Shown: positions 37,880-52,273, numbered from the whole stretch's first letter. The stretch is 63,492 bases of DNA, filler included, from Octopus bimaculoides (GCF_001194135.2; 7 parts of 7 records of this genome joined end to end with filler, not necessarily neighbours in it), one strand, 5' to 3'. Numbers and translations are program-made. Notes: generated from the letters alone by a model not told the origin.

Positions 37880-38015
37880 TAATATATCATGAATTAATAC
37901 TTATTTTATCGACCCCCCCCAAAAAAAAAGATGAAAGGCAAAAATCGACCCCGGTGGAATTTGAACTCTGAACCTAAGGACAGACAAACTAACGATTCTG
38001 CCAGCGTGCCGCCTT
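37880..38015 (-). mobile_element. SINE family 1, partial
   Basis: TACTTATTTTATCGACCCC...GATGAAAGGCAAAAATCGACC...GGAATTTGAACTC...CTGCCAGCGTGCCGCCTT. Confidence 0.8.
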
Positions 38016-39049
38016 TGCTGCTGATATTGTTTGTTGCTATTATTAAATGTTATTTACTATTTGTTCTTATCACACCACAGTTATTGTTGTTGTTATTGCT
38101 GTGTTTATTGTTAAACAATATTATTGAAGTTGTTTGTTGTTGCTGTGCTGATGATGCTGATGTGATTAATATTAATACATTTGTTGTTGTCGTTGTTGTT
38201 GGAATCCACCACCATCTATTAGTATTACTTTGGGGTTAACGTTAGTAATTAAAATTATTAAAGTAATTAATAAATAATTAGCAAAAAAAAAAAAAAAAAA
38301 AAAAAAATACAACGATTGATTCTCGCTAGACGATGGTGAGGTCACAAAGTCAACTAATGATGAGGTCAAATTAAACAAAGGTTTAAAACCAAACAATCAA
38401 TAATTTAGGCTAAATCAGCGAAAGATGTACAATGACCTTGTGTAGGGTCGAAGGATGTCAAAAAAACAGAAGCTCAATGGAATAAAGATTACAAAAGAAA
38501 AAACACCAACAATAAGTAAAAAAAAGCTCACACACGTCGTTAAAGGGTCAACAAAAGGGCAAACAACAACGACCCCTATATTGAATATTACACCCCCNNN
38601 NNNNNNNNNNNNNNNNNNNNNNNNNNNNNNNNNNNNNNNNNNNNNNNNNNNNNNNNNNNNNNNNNNNNNNNNNNNNNNNNNNNNNNNNNNNNNNNNNTTA
38701 TATATATTTACAACTGTCAACATCCTCATTTTGCTGCACATCCTACACTTCTCCATCAGCCATTTGCCCTCTTCTATTCCACATCCGCCTCCTCCTCTTC
38801 ATCGTCAAGACGAATCATATTATAGCGGTACTCGGAGTTGACGCTAAATGTCGCTATTGCTACAGAATACACACAACACGTCTCCATTGCTAGCCTCACA
38901 AACACCAGTATCATCGTCGTCGCCGTCTTACATCGCCGAAATCTTCATCATCCTCTTCATCCTCATTTTCATCATCACCATCATCATCACTATCATCATC
39001 GCCACCGCTACCATCAACACCACTTTCATTATTACACGTGCACACGAAG

Positions 39050-39560
39050 ATGTATGTATGTATGTATGTATGTATGTATATTCGTATGTATGTATGTATG
39101 CCATTGTTCAGTTTTATTTCAAGATTTCTTGTCAATAGAGAAAGAGCCGGTTTCTAACCTAGATCCAAGGCTCCTTCATTGGAATTTCAACAACATCAAC
39201 AGGGTATTTTTGTATGTACGTATGTATGTATATATGCAGATGAGTATGTTTTGTTTCACGCATGTATTCTCATGCATATATTTCCATATCTAGACAAGCT
39301 CATATATATTTAAATGATAAACTTCAGAAAAGTTTTACAGATCTTTACAGTTCCAGTGACGGATCGGATCTGTAGTCTTCGAATTAGCTTTTTCCTTTCT
39401 GATTTTGAGAAGCTTAGTTTCTCGAGATTGGTCCTTAGGCAGTGTGTTACATATCCCAGGGCCCAATAATTACAGGTATGTATGTATGTATGTATGTATG
39501 TATGTATGTATGTATGTATATATGTATGTATGTATGTATGCATGTATGTATATACATATG
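39050..39560 (-). mobile_element. Family B RLE LINE 3' end flanked by and containing (ATGT)n
   Basis: IPVIIG..GYVTHCLRTNLEKLSF...GTVKICKTFLKFII* (39310-39477). ATGT tracts at the 5' junction, inside the 3' UTR (about 39210-39235) and at the 3' end. Confidence 0.85.
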
Positions 39561-41383
39561 CATATGCATAAATATATAAATGTTTATGTTTATATATATA
39601 TATGTGTATAAGTATGTATGTATATATATATANNNNNNNNNNNNNNNNNNNNNNNNNNNNNNNNNNNNNNNNNNNNNNNNNNNNNNNNNNNNNNNNNNNN
39701 NNNNNNNNNNNNNNNNNNNNNNNNNNNNNNNNNNNNNNNNNNNNNNNNNNNNNNNNNNNNNNNNNNNNNNNNNNNNNNNNNNNNNNNNNNNNNNNNNNNN
39801 NNNNNNNNNNNNNNNNNNNNNNNNNNNNNNNNNNNNNNNNNNNNNNNNNNNNNNNNNNNNNNNNNNNNNNNNNNNNNNNNNNNNNNNNNNNNNNNNNNNN
39901 NNNNNNNNNNNNNNNNNNNNNNNNNNNNNNNNNNNNNNNNNNNNNNNNNNNNNNNNNNNNNNNNNNNNNNNATATATATGCATGCACATACAAATATATA
40001 TGTGTGTGTGTGTATGTGTGTAGAAGAAGGTTATTTGCCTGCCAATCCAATGTGGCAGTCCCGGTTGAGAGACTTAGAAACAATAATGTTTCTTTCTTTC
40101 TCTCTCTCTATATATGCATATATGCATATACATCTATGCGTGAGTATGTGAATGTATGCGTACATGTATCCGTGTGTGTGTGAGTGTGTACTAGAATGTT
40201 ACACAGAAGTAGAGCTAGTTAGATTTATGTAAGGAAGGATATATTTGGAATGTGTGAAGAGTGTAAATCACAACATATGTGTGTATATGTATGTGTGTGT
40301 TTGTGTGTGTGTGTGTGTGTATGCGTGTGTGTGTGTGTGTGTGTGTGTATGCATGCGTGTGTGTGTCTGTGTGTTTTTGTGTGTATGCGTGTTCATGTGT
40401 GTTTATGTACGAGCGCGTATGTTCCCGTTTGTATAATGTACAACAAAGGTTGCGCATCTGTTATGAAATTACTATCTGAAAAACGGTCGGAAGCAAGCCA
40501 TAAATTTTATCAGGTGCTTCGTGTATATTTTCTTCTTCTTATTCTAAGCAATAAATACATAATTTCGTATGTTCACTTAAACATTTTATCTCTGATACAT
40601 CAAGATGTAATGAAAAGATGGTTGCACTTTAACGATGAATATTAAAAGAATGAAAAAAAAATAATAATAATAATAATAATAAAGTGGAACATGGCCGGAG
40701 GTAGCTTATGTGAAGTTACACTACGCTGATGAGCTTTTAAAACGTGAAACACCAACGGAGTAGTTTCGCGTAAGGTGCTACTTGGCTTATTGACTTAAAA
40801 TAACCGAAATGACATTGTATGTTTTGCATTTGTAGTGCTCTGCAGATGGATGTCTGAATATATATGCATCATATATAGTTAGAATGCACTTTTTAGATGC
40901 ATATACATACATGCGTACATACATACATACACATATATATGCATATATATATATATGTATATAGATATATANNNNNNNNNNTAAAATATATACTTACAAA
41001 TAGATTTTATGTAGAAATATCAGTTGTTAACACATGTCACACACACACTCACGCATTCTTTCTTAAATAAATAACTTTACATGCACACTCGAACACATTC
41101 CCTTAAACATACACGTACACATATACTCATACATACATATATATATACACATGTATTTGCAGTGCATATACGTAAAGAACTGTCAGTTCTTTCGCTTACC
41201 GATAGGGGTGGGGTGGGAGGAGGAAGGGTGGGAGAAGTGCAATAGGCTCCCAGTAAATGACTGGTGCTTAACTGCATCGATAACAAACGTTCAATGTTTA
41301 ACTGCATCGATAACAAAGTTCAATGTCGCCCACGATGAGATACGTACTCATAAAAAAACACAGAGACATCATCATCGTCGTCG

Positions 41384-41428
<45 letters not shown>

Positions 41429-43007
41429 ACAACAACAACATCTAGAATACCTGTCACCTAATCTCTATTAAATACTTCTACACCTGACTTAAAGAAAATC
41501 TTGTTAACATGCTTGTAGGTAAAGGAAAAATAGGTCTTTCACAATATATGTATANNNNNNNNNNNNNNNNNNNNNNNNNNNNNNNNNNNNNNNNNNNNNN
41601 NNNNNNNNNNNNNNNNNNNNNNNNNNNNNNNNNNNNNNNNNNNNNNNNNNNNNNNNNNNNNNNNNNNNNNNNNNNNNNNNNNNNNNNNNNNNNNNNNNNN
41701 NNNNNNNNNNNNNNNNNNNNNNNNNNNNNNNNNNNNNNNNNNNNNNNNNNNNNNNNNNNNNNNNNNNNNNNNNNNNNNNNNNNNNNNNNNNNNNNNNNNN
41801 NNNNNNNNNNNNNNNNNNNNNNNNNNNNNNNNNNNNNNNNNNNNNNNNNNNNNNNNNNNNNNNNNNNNNNNNNNNNNNNNNNNNNNNNNNNNNNNNNNNN
41901 NNNNNNNNNNNNNNNNNNNNNNNNNNNNNNNNNNNNNNNNNNNNNNNNNNNNNNNNNNNNNNNNNNNNNNNNNNNNNNNNNNNNNNNNNNNNNNNNNNNN
42001 NNNNNNNNNNNNNNNNNNNNNNNNNNNNNNNNNNNNNNNNNNNNNNNNNNNNNNNNNNNNNNNNNNNNNNNNNNNNNNNNNNNNNNNNNNNNNNNNNNNN
42101 NNNNNNNNNNNNNNNNNNNNNNNNNNNNNNNNNNNNNNNNNNNNNNNNNNNNNNNNNNNNNNNNNNNNNNNNNNNNNNNNNNNNNNNNNNNNNNNNNNNN
42201 NNNNNNNNNNNNNNNNNNNNNNNNNNNNNNNNNNNNNNNNNNNNNNNNNNNNNNNNNNNNNNNNNNNNNNNNNNNNNNNNNNNNNNNNNNNNNNNNNNNN
42301 NNNNNNNNNNNNNNNNNNNNNNNNNNNNNNNNNNNNNNNNNNNNNNNNNNNNNNNNNNNNNNNNNNNNNNNNNNNNNNTACATACATACATACATACATA
42401 CATACATACATACATGCATACAAGGTCCGCTATTCCTTCTAAATGAAAATGTGCGTATAATTTGAATTATTTACCAAAGTTAGTTATAAATCGACATATT
42501 TAACCTTTCTTCATGTTTTTGTTGTTATTAGAATTTACAAGAAATTTTCAAAATATATTCCAACAGATTCTTATTTATTCTTTTGGGTGGGAAGAAGTTT
42601 GAAGCAATGCATGTGCGTACCAAATGAAGATCTCAGCTCCACCATATTTATATGAATGAATGTATGTGTATATATATATATATATAGATATATAGATATA
42701 CTCATATATATATACAAATACACACATATGCAAGCAAAAGCAACATATTTTGAAGGTCTTCTTTTCTTGTTGAAAACACCCACGTGGTCAATGTGCACTC
42801 GCGAGAATTCTCATGAAGCCTTGTTCGTATGTTTACTGTCTGTTGTAACTTGCACATGTTGTTACTCGATTATAACGGATGTTCACGAAAGATCACTCTG
42901 TAAACAAATATATGAATAACAACGTGAAACCGGGGTAACATATATACATGTATACATACATACATACATGTATGCATATGCATGTGTATGTATATATGCA
43001 TGTGTAT

Positions 43008-43042
<35 letters not shown>

Positions 43043-43142
43043 NNNNNNNNNNNNNNNNNNNNNNNNNNNNNNNNNNNNNNNNNNNNTTAATTAATTAANN
43101 NNNNNNNNNNNNNNNNNNNNNNNNNNNNNNNNNNNNNNNNNN

Positions 43143-43517
43143 TCATTTGACTGTGGCCATGCTGGAGCACCGCCTTTTAGTCGAGCTAATCGACCCCAGG
43201 ATTTATTCTTTGTAAGCCTAGTACTTATTCTATCGTTCTCTTAGCCGAACCGCTAATGTTACGGGAACGTAAACACACCAGCATCGGTTGTCAAGCGATG
43301 GTGGGGGGACAAACACAGACACACAAACATACACACATACATATACATATACATATATACGACGGGCTTCTTTCAGTTTCCATCTACCAAATCCACTCAT
43401 AAGGCTTTGGTCGGCCCGAGGCTATAGTAGAAGACACTTGCCCAAGGTGCCACGCAGTGGGACTGAACCCGGAACCATGTGGTTGGTAAGCAAGCTACTA
43501 ACCACACAGCCAATCCT
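43143..43517 (-). mobile_element. SINE family 2, near full length (tRNA head plus CORE-like body)
   Basis: Minus strand TGGCTGTGTGGTTAGTAGCTTGC...GGTTCCGGGTTCAGTCCCACTGCGTGGCACCTTGGGCAAGTGTCTTC; A- and B-box-like motifs. Confidence 0.9.
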
Positions 43518-44207
43518 ACGCCTATCTGGAAAATTATTTAATACAGTTTTTAAGTATAAAGGGGATTTCTTTTTTTTTTTAATGTTACAAAATCTTTTAT
43601 CAGGATGTTACCAACCTTTTGTGGAAAAAGCGTTTCTCCTACTGTGTGCTTTCTTTCGATGAGCCTTTTCAAACACACGCGTTCTTAGTTAATCTATTGG
43701 CAATATGTTTCATTTTCTTTTCACTAATGAACAACTAAAAACCGCCTACGAAGGACTAAAACCTGTTGTGTAACCATTTCGTTTACTTTTCATAGCCTGG
43801 AGAAAATTGTATATTTATGGAAAGCAGGTGTATCTTTTAGCTTATATTATATATGAAGTTATCCAAACACATTATGTAGTCAATTAATGTATTATTAATT
43901 AATGTATATATATATATATATATACAGGAGAGAGAGAGGGAGACAGAGAAGAGAGCACGCATGCACATGCACATATTTCCATTTATGTCACATGTGCATA
44001 TACATGCTATGTACTGTGTATACATACATAATTACATGAAGGTAAAGTTATAAACACATGTTAGTACATGCGTTCATTGTAGTATCTTGATTTATTCATA
44101 TACATATGTATACATTCATATATACACATAACACATGCATACATATATATATGTGTGTGTAATTATAAGTGTATATAAATATCTATTTATCTATCTCTTT
44201 CTCTCTC

Positions 44208-44295
<88 letters not shown>

Positions 44296-45719
44296 NNNNN
44301 NNNNNNNNNNNNNNNNNNNNNNNNNNNNNNNNNNNNNNNNNNNNNNNNNNNNNNNNNNNNNNNNNNNNNNNNNNNNNNNNNNNNNNNNNNNNNNNNNNNN
44401 NNNNNNNNNNNNNNNNNNNNNNNNNNNNNNNNNNNNNNNNNNNNNNNNNNNNNNNNNNNNNNNNNNNNNNNNNNNNNNNNNNNNNNNNNNNNNNNNNNNN
44501 NNNNNNNNNNNNNNNNNNNNNNNNNNNNNNNNNNNNNNNNNNNNNNNNNNNNNNNNNNNNNNNNNNNNNNNNNNNNNNNNNNNNNNNNNNNNNNNNNNNN
44601 NNNNNNNNNNNNNNNNNNNNNNNNNNNNNNNNNNNNNNNNNNNNNNNNNNNNNNNNNNNNNNNNNNNNNNNNNNNNNNNNNNNNNNNNNNNNNNNNNNNN
44701 NNNNNNNNNNNNNNNNNNNNNNNNNNNNNNNNNNNNNNNNNNNNNNNNNNNNNNNNNNNNNNNNNNNNNNNNNNNNNNNNNNNNNNNNNNNNNNNNNNNN
44801 NNNNNNNAATAGCACAGCGTTCATATTCCTTGTCTTTTAAGGATTCCGAGATAAGCGAAATGAGGTCAATTATAGACTGGATGCCTGGTGCGAATGTTTG
44901 TAACAAAATTTCTTAAAGGCAGCCAGGGACCCGGTGGTGGTATCAAACCTAACAACGAATTAAGTTGTTTCTGAGGTACAAGATAACGAGATGATTATGG
45001 CGGAATATCTTTGATAATAGGCACGTTCAACAATGGATGATCCCGGAGATTAAACAACAAAAGCCTCATAGAGCAAATATTAGTTTAAAGAGATTTCTAA
45101 AATAAGGCAAAAGGGTAAGGTTTTAGATACCTGGAACATTTGAGTGAATCGATTCTATAACTTACTTGGTACTTTTATTTATCGACGCTGAAAATATCAA
45201 GACCAAAGCCGATTCAGGTAGCAAAACGACAAAAATAAAATATTATCTCTTTGGGAGCGAATTCCTTCAGAAATATTCAGAACATTCTTTTCATATGGTC
45301 CTTCAAAAGTTCTCAAAGTACAGGGTGCTGTAAATTGGTCTATCTGATTTCTCAATGTGCATAACATGCTTACTCTCACTGTTTCGCACAGTACGCCTCT
45401 GGCAAGATTAGATCAAGACCACTGAGCTTGCTTGAGAAGGCGGGAAATTTCCAAAGTGACTGAAGGGATCTCCAAACCTCCGTATACTATCTGTGGTGGT
45501 GTGTTTATCCAAAACGTAAAGCAATATGCTTTTAACTCAGCTTGGAGTATGCTGCGACCTGCACCAGATACTCCACTCCCATCCCACTGATTTGCTGCAA
45601 CCAAATTCGAAACGGTGTACTAATACTTGTAAAGATTGCAGTGGAGATGATGACGATAATGATGATTGTGGTTATGGTGGTGGTGGGGGTTAGGATGACT
45701 ACGATGAGGAAGGAGAGAA

Positions 45720-46600
45720 CAAATAATGACGATGATGATGGTGGTGATGAGAGGGAAGAGTACAGTGATGAGGATATGGATGAGAATGTTGATGCTGGTG
45801 GTGGTGGTTGTGGTGGTAATGGTAACGGTGGTGGTGGTGGTAACGGTGGTGGTGGTAACGGTGGTGGTGGTGGTGGTGGTAACGGTGGTGGTGGTGGTGG
45901 TGGTNNNNNNNNNNNNNNNNNNNNNNNNNNNNNNNNNNNNNNNNNNNNNNNNNNNNNNNNNNNNNNNNNNNNNNNNNNNNNNNNNNNNNNNNNNNNNNNN
46001 NNNNNNNNNNNNNNNNNNNNNNNNNNNNNNNNNNNNNNNNNNNNNNNNNNNNNNNNNNNNNNNNNNNNNNNNNNNNNNNNNNNNNNNNNNNNNNNNNNNN
46101 NNNNNNNNNNNNNNNNNNNNNNNNNNNNNNNNNNNNNNNNNNNNNNNNNNNNNNNNNNNNNNNNNNNNNNNNNNNNNNNNNNNNNNNNNNNNNNNNNNNN
46201 NNNNNNNNNNNNNNNNNNNNNNNNNNNNNNNNNNNNNNNNNNNNNNNNNNNNNNNNNNNNNNNNNNNNNNNNNNNNNNNNNNNNNNNNNNNNNNNNNNNN
46301 NNNNNNNNNNNNNNNNNNNNNNNNNNNNNNNNNNNNNNNNNNNNNNNNNNNNNNNNNNNNNNNNNNNNNNNNNNNNNNNNNNNNNNNNNNNNNNNNNNNN
46401 NNNNNNNNNNNNNNNNNNNNNNNNNNNNNNNNNNNNNNNNNNNNNNNNNNNNNNNNNNNNNNNNNNNNNNNNNNNNNNNNNNNNNNNNNNNNNNNNNNNN
46501 NNNNNNNNNNNNNNNNNNNNNNNNNNNNNNNNNNNNNGGTGGTGGTGGTGGTGGTGGTGGTGGTTGTGGTGGTGGTGGTGGTGGTGACTATGGTGGTAGT
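45720..46600. repeat. (GGT)n/GGTAAC-type trinucleotide array spanning a gap
   Basis: Seen directly on both sides of N-run 45905-46537. Confidence 0.9.
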
Positions 46601-47759
46601 GGTTCTGGTTTTTGCAGTGGTTGTTGTAGTGCCGATGACAATGGCAATCGCGGCGGCAACGACGTGGAAAGGCTGATTAAATGACAGATTGAAACCAATG
46701 GACATCGACAGGTTCTTGAATGGAAAAGTATTGACGTAACATTTGCTTGTTGTCATAGCAATGACCTCCACAAGATTCTTTTTTTGTTTTGTGTTATTCT
46801 ATTTTATTTCATTTTGTTTTGTTTGACAGGTTTTTCAACATTTTCTATCATCATACTCAATGAAACTGGAATTATTAGAAAATGAAAGTCATAATTGTAT
46901 TATGGGCTTCTAAGATTGGCACAAGGCCACATATCATTTTGCAAGGGAAAAGAAGGGGCATTGTACAAAATTGATGTAATCGATTGCTAGTAGATACCAG
47001 GTACTGATTTGATCATTGCAAGCATTGAAAGCGATAAAAATCAGGGGATCATACACAGGGACGATTTTAAATCTGAATAGAATCAAACGTGGCCCGACAT
47101 GTGGTTTTTAAAGCAAACTTTAGTTTTTTAGTTTAGCAAACTAAAGAAATATAAAACACACACAAACGCACACACACACACGCACGCACGCACAAATACA
47201 CACACAAACGCACGCACATACGCACACACACACACACACGCACGCACACATACACACACATATATATACACATATATATACATATATACATATATGTGTG
47301 TGTATGTGGTATGTGTGTACGTGTGTACGTGTGTATGTGTGTATGTGTATTTGTGAGAGAGGGAGTATTTGTGTGTGTCCTGCGTATGACAGTAAGCTGC
47401 ATTTTGTAGGGGAGTTCCAGTATTCTGGGGAGTGTGGAACCAACCAACCCTTAACCAGCACCTGTTAGAGTCCTAGCTATTGGTTAATATGCATGAATGT
47501 TTGGAGGACCCCTAGTACTTGTTAGAACTACCTTCTAGGAGAAGGTGAACTCGTACAAAAAGCAAAACTGAAATGCAGTTTGTTTCTGGTCGTCCCAACC
47601 TTTATTGCGCCACTGATTTTTTTTATAACTTATTGCGTTGACGAGTCAGTTCAGTTCTGTACAACTCTTTACCCGTTCAAAACAAATTCATGCACAACTA
47701 CTTCTTGGACTCTAATAACGTTTGCAAGGACTTACTGAGTTTAGGAATTGGTTTCACTC

Positions 47760-48085
47760 GGACGCGGCGCATAGCTCAGAGGTCAGAGCATCGGGCTCAC
47801 AATCATGAGGTACTGAGTTCGATTCCTGGACCGGGCTGAGTGTTGTGTTCTTAAGCAAGATACTTTATTTCACTCTGCTCCAATGAGTTGAGACGTCACT
47901 AGTGCCAAGTTGTATCGGCCTTTGTCTTTCCCTTGGATAACATCAGTGGAGAGGAGAGGTTAGTATGCATGGGTGACTGCCGGCCTCCCATAAAAGCAAC
48001 TTTGCCCGGACTTGTGCCTCAGAGGGTAACTTTCTGGGTGCAATTCTATGGTCATTCATAACCGAAAGGTGTCTTTACCCTTATA
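47760..48085 (+). mobile_element. tRNA-derived SINE family 3
   Basis: A-box TAGCTCAGAGG (47772), B-box GAGTTCGATTCC (47816), CORE-like GTTGTGTTCTTAAGCAAGATACTT, 3' end TACCCTT. Confidence 0.8.
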
Positions 48086-48419
48086 TATNNNNNNNNNNNN
48101 NNNNNNNNNNNNNNNNNNNNNNNNNNNNNNNNNNNNNNNNNNNNNNNNNNNNNNNNNNNNNNNNAATAATTTTAATAATTTAATAATTTATTATGATCGT
48201 TATGTATGTGTTTTTTTGTAATTTGTTCTGATGGTAGCCATTCCTGAAGAAGTGCCAAATGTCGGAAATCCAATGGACCAGTCACTGGATAAGTTTGGGC
48301 ACAGAAATGTTGACATAGAGTGGTAAATAAATCGATCTTGGATATATCGAGTTTGAAGTTTCTATCTCTTTTAAATATACAAATTTAAAAGTTAAAAACC
48401 TTGAAATATAAATATATAC

Positions 48420-48474
<55 letters not shown>

Positions 48475-48499
48475 CACACACACATTGTAGTCTAATGTA

Positions 48500-48780
48500 T
48501 CTTTTCCTATTTAAAATGATATCGTGTGATTTTGACATTTGACTACTGTTTCTAGCAGTTGAAAACCACATAGAAGCCTTCCTTCATTGGCTCAAAGCAA
48601 ATTCTGATCGAACGGACCGATCATGCGGATTGTTCCACTCCTGACCATCCCAACTATTTTTGCATATCAGACACTACATTATCCAGTGTATCCTTTACGT
48701 AAGATGGTACAGCGTGATTTGCGAGAGATCTGGCTGCAATTTCCAGCAGATCGAATGTATATCTAGAAACTTGCTTGATC
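48500..48780 (+). repeat. Unclassified dispersed repeat; related fragments at about 26135-26290 and 35720-35840
   Basis: Shared (A)GCGTGATT..GAG.GA...GCT..TATTTCTAG-like text. Confidence 0.45.
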
Positions 48781-48905
48781 AAGACCAAAATCAACTGACG
48801 TCAACTTTGTTGTAGCGAACTATCATTAGACAACGATACAGCAGGAAGATCAAACAATACACGTATCTGTTAATCAACAACTCTTCCTCGCTCTCTTCCT
48901 CTTTC

Positions 48906-48985
<80 letters not shown>

Positions 48986-50337
48986 TCTTTCTCTCCCTCT
49001 CCTTAACGCTAATTATATCATTACTTCAAAGAGGTGATTGATATAAAACGCAGTGTAAGGTAGTGAGGTATGACTTACGTAAGAAGGGTGTGATAAGTAG
49101 TGGAATAAGGAGTTATCAGTGTTTCGGTTACATATATAAGATATACTTACAATAAACTCTTGTATAATAAAGATTTCTTTTCTTTAATGAGAGCGGTGGA
49201 AAGGTAAGAGGGCTAGATTGTAGGACTAGGACTTGGACTAAATGCCTCTATGATCAGCCACAACACAAGACTATAAATACACTACTTTTCTATAATGTAC
49301 TTATATAACATAACTACATGATACTGCTATACTTACGGCACAGCCTTAGAATATTAGCAAAATATGTAAATGCTTTTAGGCTTCAGTGCCTAATCACCTA
49401 TACATTTAATACAAATTGTTTTGTAGTAGTAGTAGCAGTAGTAGTAGTAGTGGTGGTGGTGGTGGTGGTGGTGGTGGTGNNNNNNNNNNNNNNNNNNNNN
49501 NNNNNNNNNNNNNNNNNNNNNNNNNNNNNNNNNNNNNNNNNNNNNNNNNNNNNNNNNNNNNNNNNNNNNNNNNNNNNNNNNNNNNNNNNNNNNNNNNNNN
49601 NNNNNNNNNNNNNNNNNNNNNNNNNNNNNNNNNNNNNNNNNNNNNNNNNNNNNNNNNNNNNNNNNNNNNNNNNNNNNNNNNNNNNNNNNNNNNNNNNNNN
49701 NNNNNNNNNNNNNNNNNNNNNNNNNNNNNNNNNNNNNNNNNNNNNNNNNNNNNNNNNNNNNNNNNNNNNNNNNNNNNNNNNNNNNNNNNNNNNNNNNNNN
49801 NNNNNNNNNNNNNNNNNNNNNNNNNNNNNNNNNNNNNNNNNNNNNNNNNNNNNNNNNNNNNNNNNNNNNNNNNNNNNNNNNNNNNNNNNNNNNNNNNNNN
49901 NNNNNNNNNNNNNNNNNNNNNNNNNNNNNNNNNNNNNNNNNNNNNNNNNNNNNNNNNNNNNNNNNNNNNNNNNNNNNNNNNNNNNNNNNNNNNNNNNNNN
50001 NNNNNNNNNNNNNNNNNNNNNNNNNNNNNNNNNNNNNNNNNNNNNNNNNNNNNNNNNNNNNNNNNNNNNNNNNNNNNNNNNNNNNNNNNNNNNNNNNNNN
50101 NNNNNNNNNNNNNNNNNNNNNNNNNNNNNNNNNNNNNNNNNNNNNNNNNNNNNNNNNNNNNNNNNNNNNNNNNNNNNNNNNNNNNNNNNNNNNNNNNNNN
50201 NNNNNNNNNNNNNNNNNNNNNNNNNNNNNNNNNNNNNNNNNNNNNNNNNNNNNNNNNNNNNNNATATGTATATATATATATATATATATATCTTTATCTA
50301 TATATATATATATGTATGTATGTATGTATATATATAT

Positions 50338-50400
<63 letters not shown>

Positions 50401-51448
50401 TAGACAGATAGACAGATAGATAGATAGATAGATTTAGATATATATGATATATACATATTTATATATGTGTGTGTGTATATATATATATATATATACACAC
50501 ACAAATATGTCTATATATATGCATATATACTTATATGTATATCACACGTGTGTTTGTTTGTACGTACGCATGTATGTATACTGTGTACTGATATACAATT
50601 TAATAGTGTTTCTGCTAGTTTTGTATTATCGATCAGTCCACATTCTAAAAGGTAAACGACCTCTGGTGGAAGTTATTTTCGTTTTTATAATACCTTATCT
50701 GTTCACCCTCCCCCTTTTATCTTTCTTTTTTTTTTCATATTGTTTTCTGTCTTTTGTTTCTCTGCTGCGCTTCCTCCTTCTTCTCCCCACTCTCTCTCCC
50801 TCTGTTTCTCAATACACAAAATAACGCACACACATATACGTAGACGAACATACAGACACACGCACACACACACACATATATATATACTAGAAAAACCGTA
50901 TGTAAATGTGAATATTCTGTCAATAGACACGATGGCTAATCTCTCTATTGTATCACCATAACAACGGCCGCCTCTGCTCCCCCAAACTAGTTACACACAC
51001 ACACACGTACACACACACGTACATAGATACACAAATACACATACATATACTATTGTTACGAGTACTCCCGATCACACAATATTCGTTTTTCGCTCTATAT
51101 TTCAATTAGAGTTCACCTCTTCTAGAAGTCTTATGTTTACCATACTTGTCACAGTTTTATGATCAACTTAACCAACTAGTAACTGCTCGAAACTGGAATA
51201 GTAGAAAAAGACATACACTGTTTATAAGAACTTAATGAAAGCTCTATTCAGTTGCCATTTGTATGATTTGTTAGTTTTTGTCCAAGTCACGGTGGTGTAT
51301 AACGGTAATCCATTCGATTCCTATCAGAGAGGTGTAAGTATCGGATGATGTTTAAGAAATTTTTGCATTCCCCGTTTGAATACTTCCACACAATCCCAGC
51401 GTGTGTTTAAAATGCCAATCCAGTCTCACATCAACACTGGCAAGTGAG

Positions 51449-51500
<52 letters not shown>

Positions 51501-51600
51501 NNNNNNNNNNNNNNNNNNNNNNNNNNNNNNNNNNNNNNNNNNNNTTAATTAATTAANNNNNNNNNNNNNNNNNNNNNNNNNNNNNNNNNNNNNNNNNNNN

Positions 51601-51609
51601 AGACAGCCC

Positions 51610-51640
<31 letters not shown>

Positions 51641-51829
51641 CTGTGTGTGTTTGTGTGTTTGTGTGTGTGTGTGTGCGTGTGTGTGTGTCACATATATATA
51701 AATATATAACGTTATATATGTATATAACATTATATTATATATTATACATATGAGTATGTACTTAGATAATAGATAGATAGATAGATAGATAGATAGTTAG
51801 ATATAGATATAAAGACAGACAGACAGCCC

Positions 51830-51860
<31 letters not shown>

Positions 51861-51988
51861 CTGTGTGTGTTTGTGTGTTTGTGTGTGTGTGTGTGCGTGT
51901 GTGTGTGTCACATATATATAAATATATAACGTTATATATGTATATAACATTATATTATATATTATACATATGAGTATGTACTTAGATA

Positions 51989-52020
<32 letters not shown>

Positions 52021-52053
52021 TTAGATATAGATATAAAGACAGACAGACAGCCC

Positions 52054-52075
<22 letters not shown>
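51601..52075. repeat. About 220-bp tandem duplication of compound microsatellite DNA (two copies plus the start of a third)
   Basis: AGACAGCCCTATATA restarts at 51601, 51821 and 52045. Confidence 0.9.
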
Positions 52076-52107
<32 letters not shown>

Positions 52108-52239
52108 AATATATACACGCGCGCACACTCACACACACACACACACAAACAAATAAACAGGTAGGTGTGATTTAATTATTATATATGTGTGTGTGCGTGC
52201 GTGTGTATATATATGTATATATATATGTATATAAATATG

Positions 52240-52273
<34 letters not shown>

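Noticed and set aside
40727-40857. C/D-box snoRNA or SECIS
   Set aside because: No terminal stem or internal C'/D' boxes; ATGA-to-GA spacing too short for a SECIS.
47760-47836. tRNA-Val(CAC)-like gene
   Set aside because: The anticodon and acceptor stems pair poorly and the sequence continues into a SINE body, so it is a SINE head.
48244-48285. Hammerhead-like CTGAAGA...GGAAAT
   Set aside because: Stem II does not pair and there is no NUH; at most a heavily decayed relic.
51601-52075. 220-bp tandem repeat as a CRISPR-like or functional array
   Set aside because: The units are microsatellite mosaics with no unique spacers, directly beside a contig linker; may be a mis-assembly.
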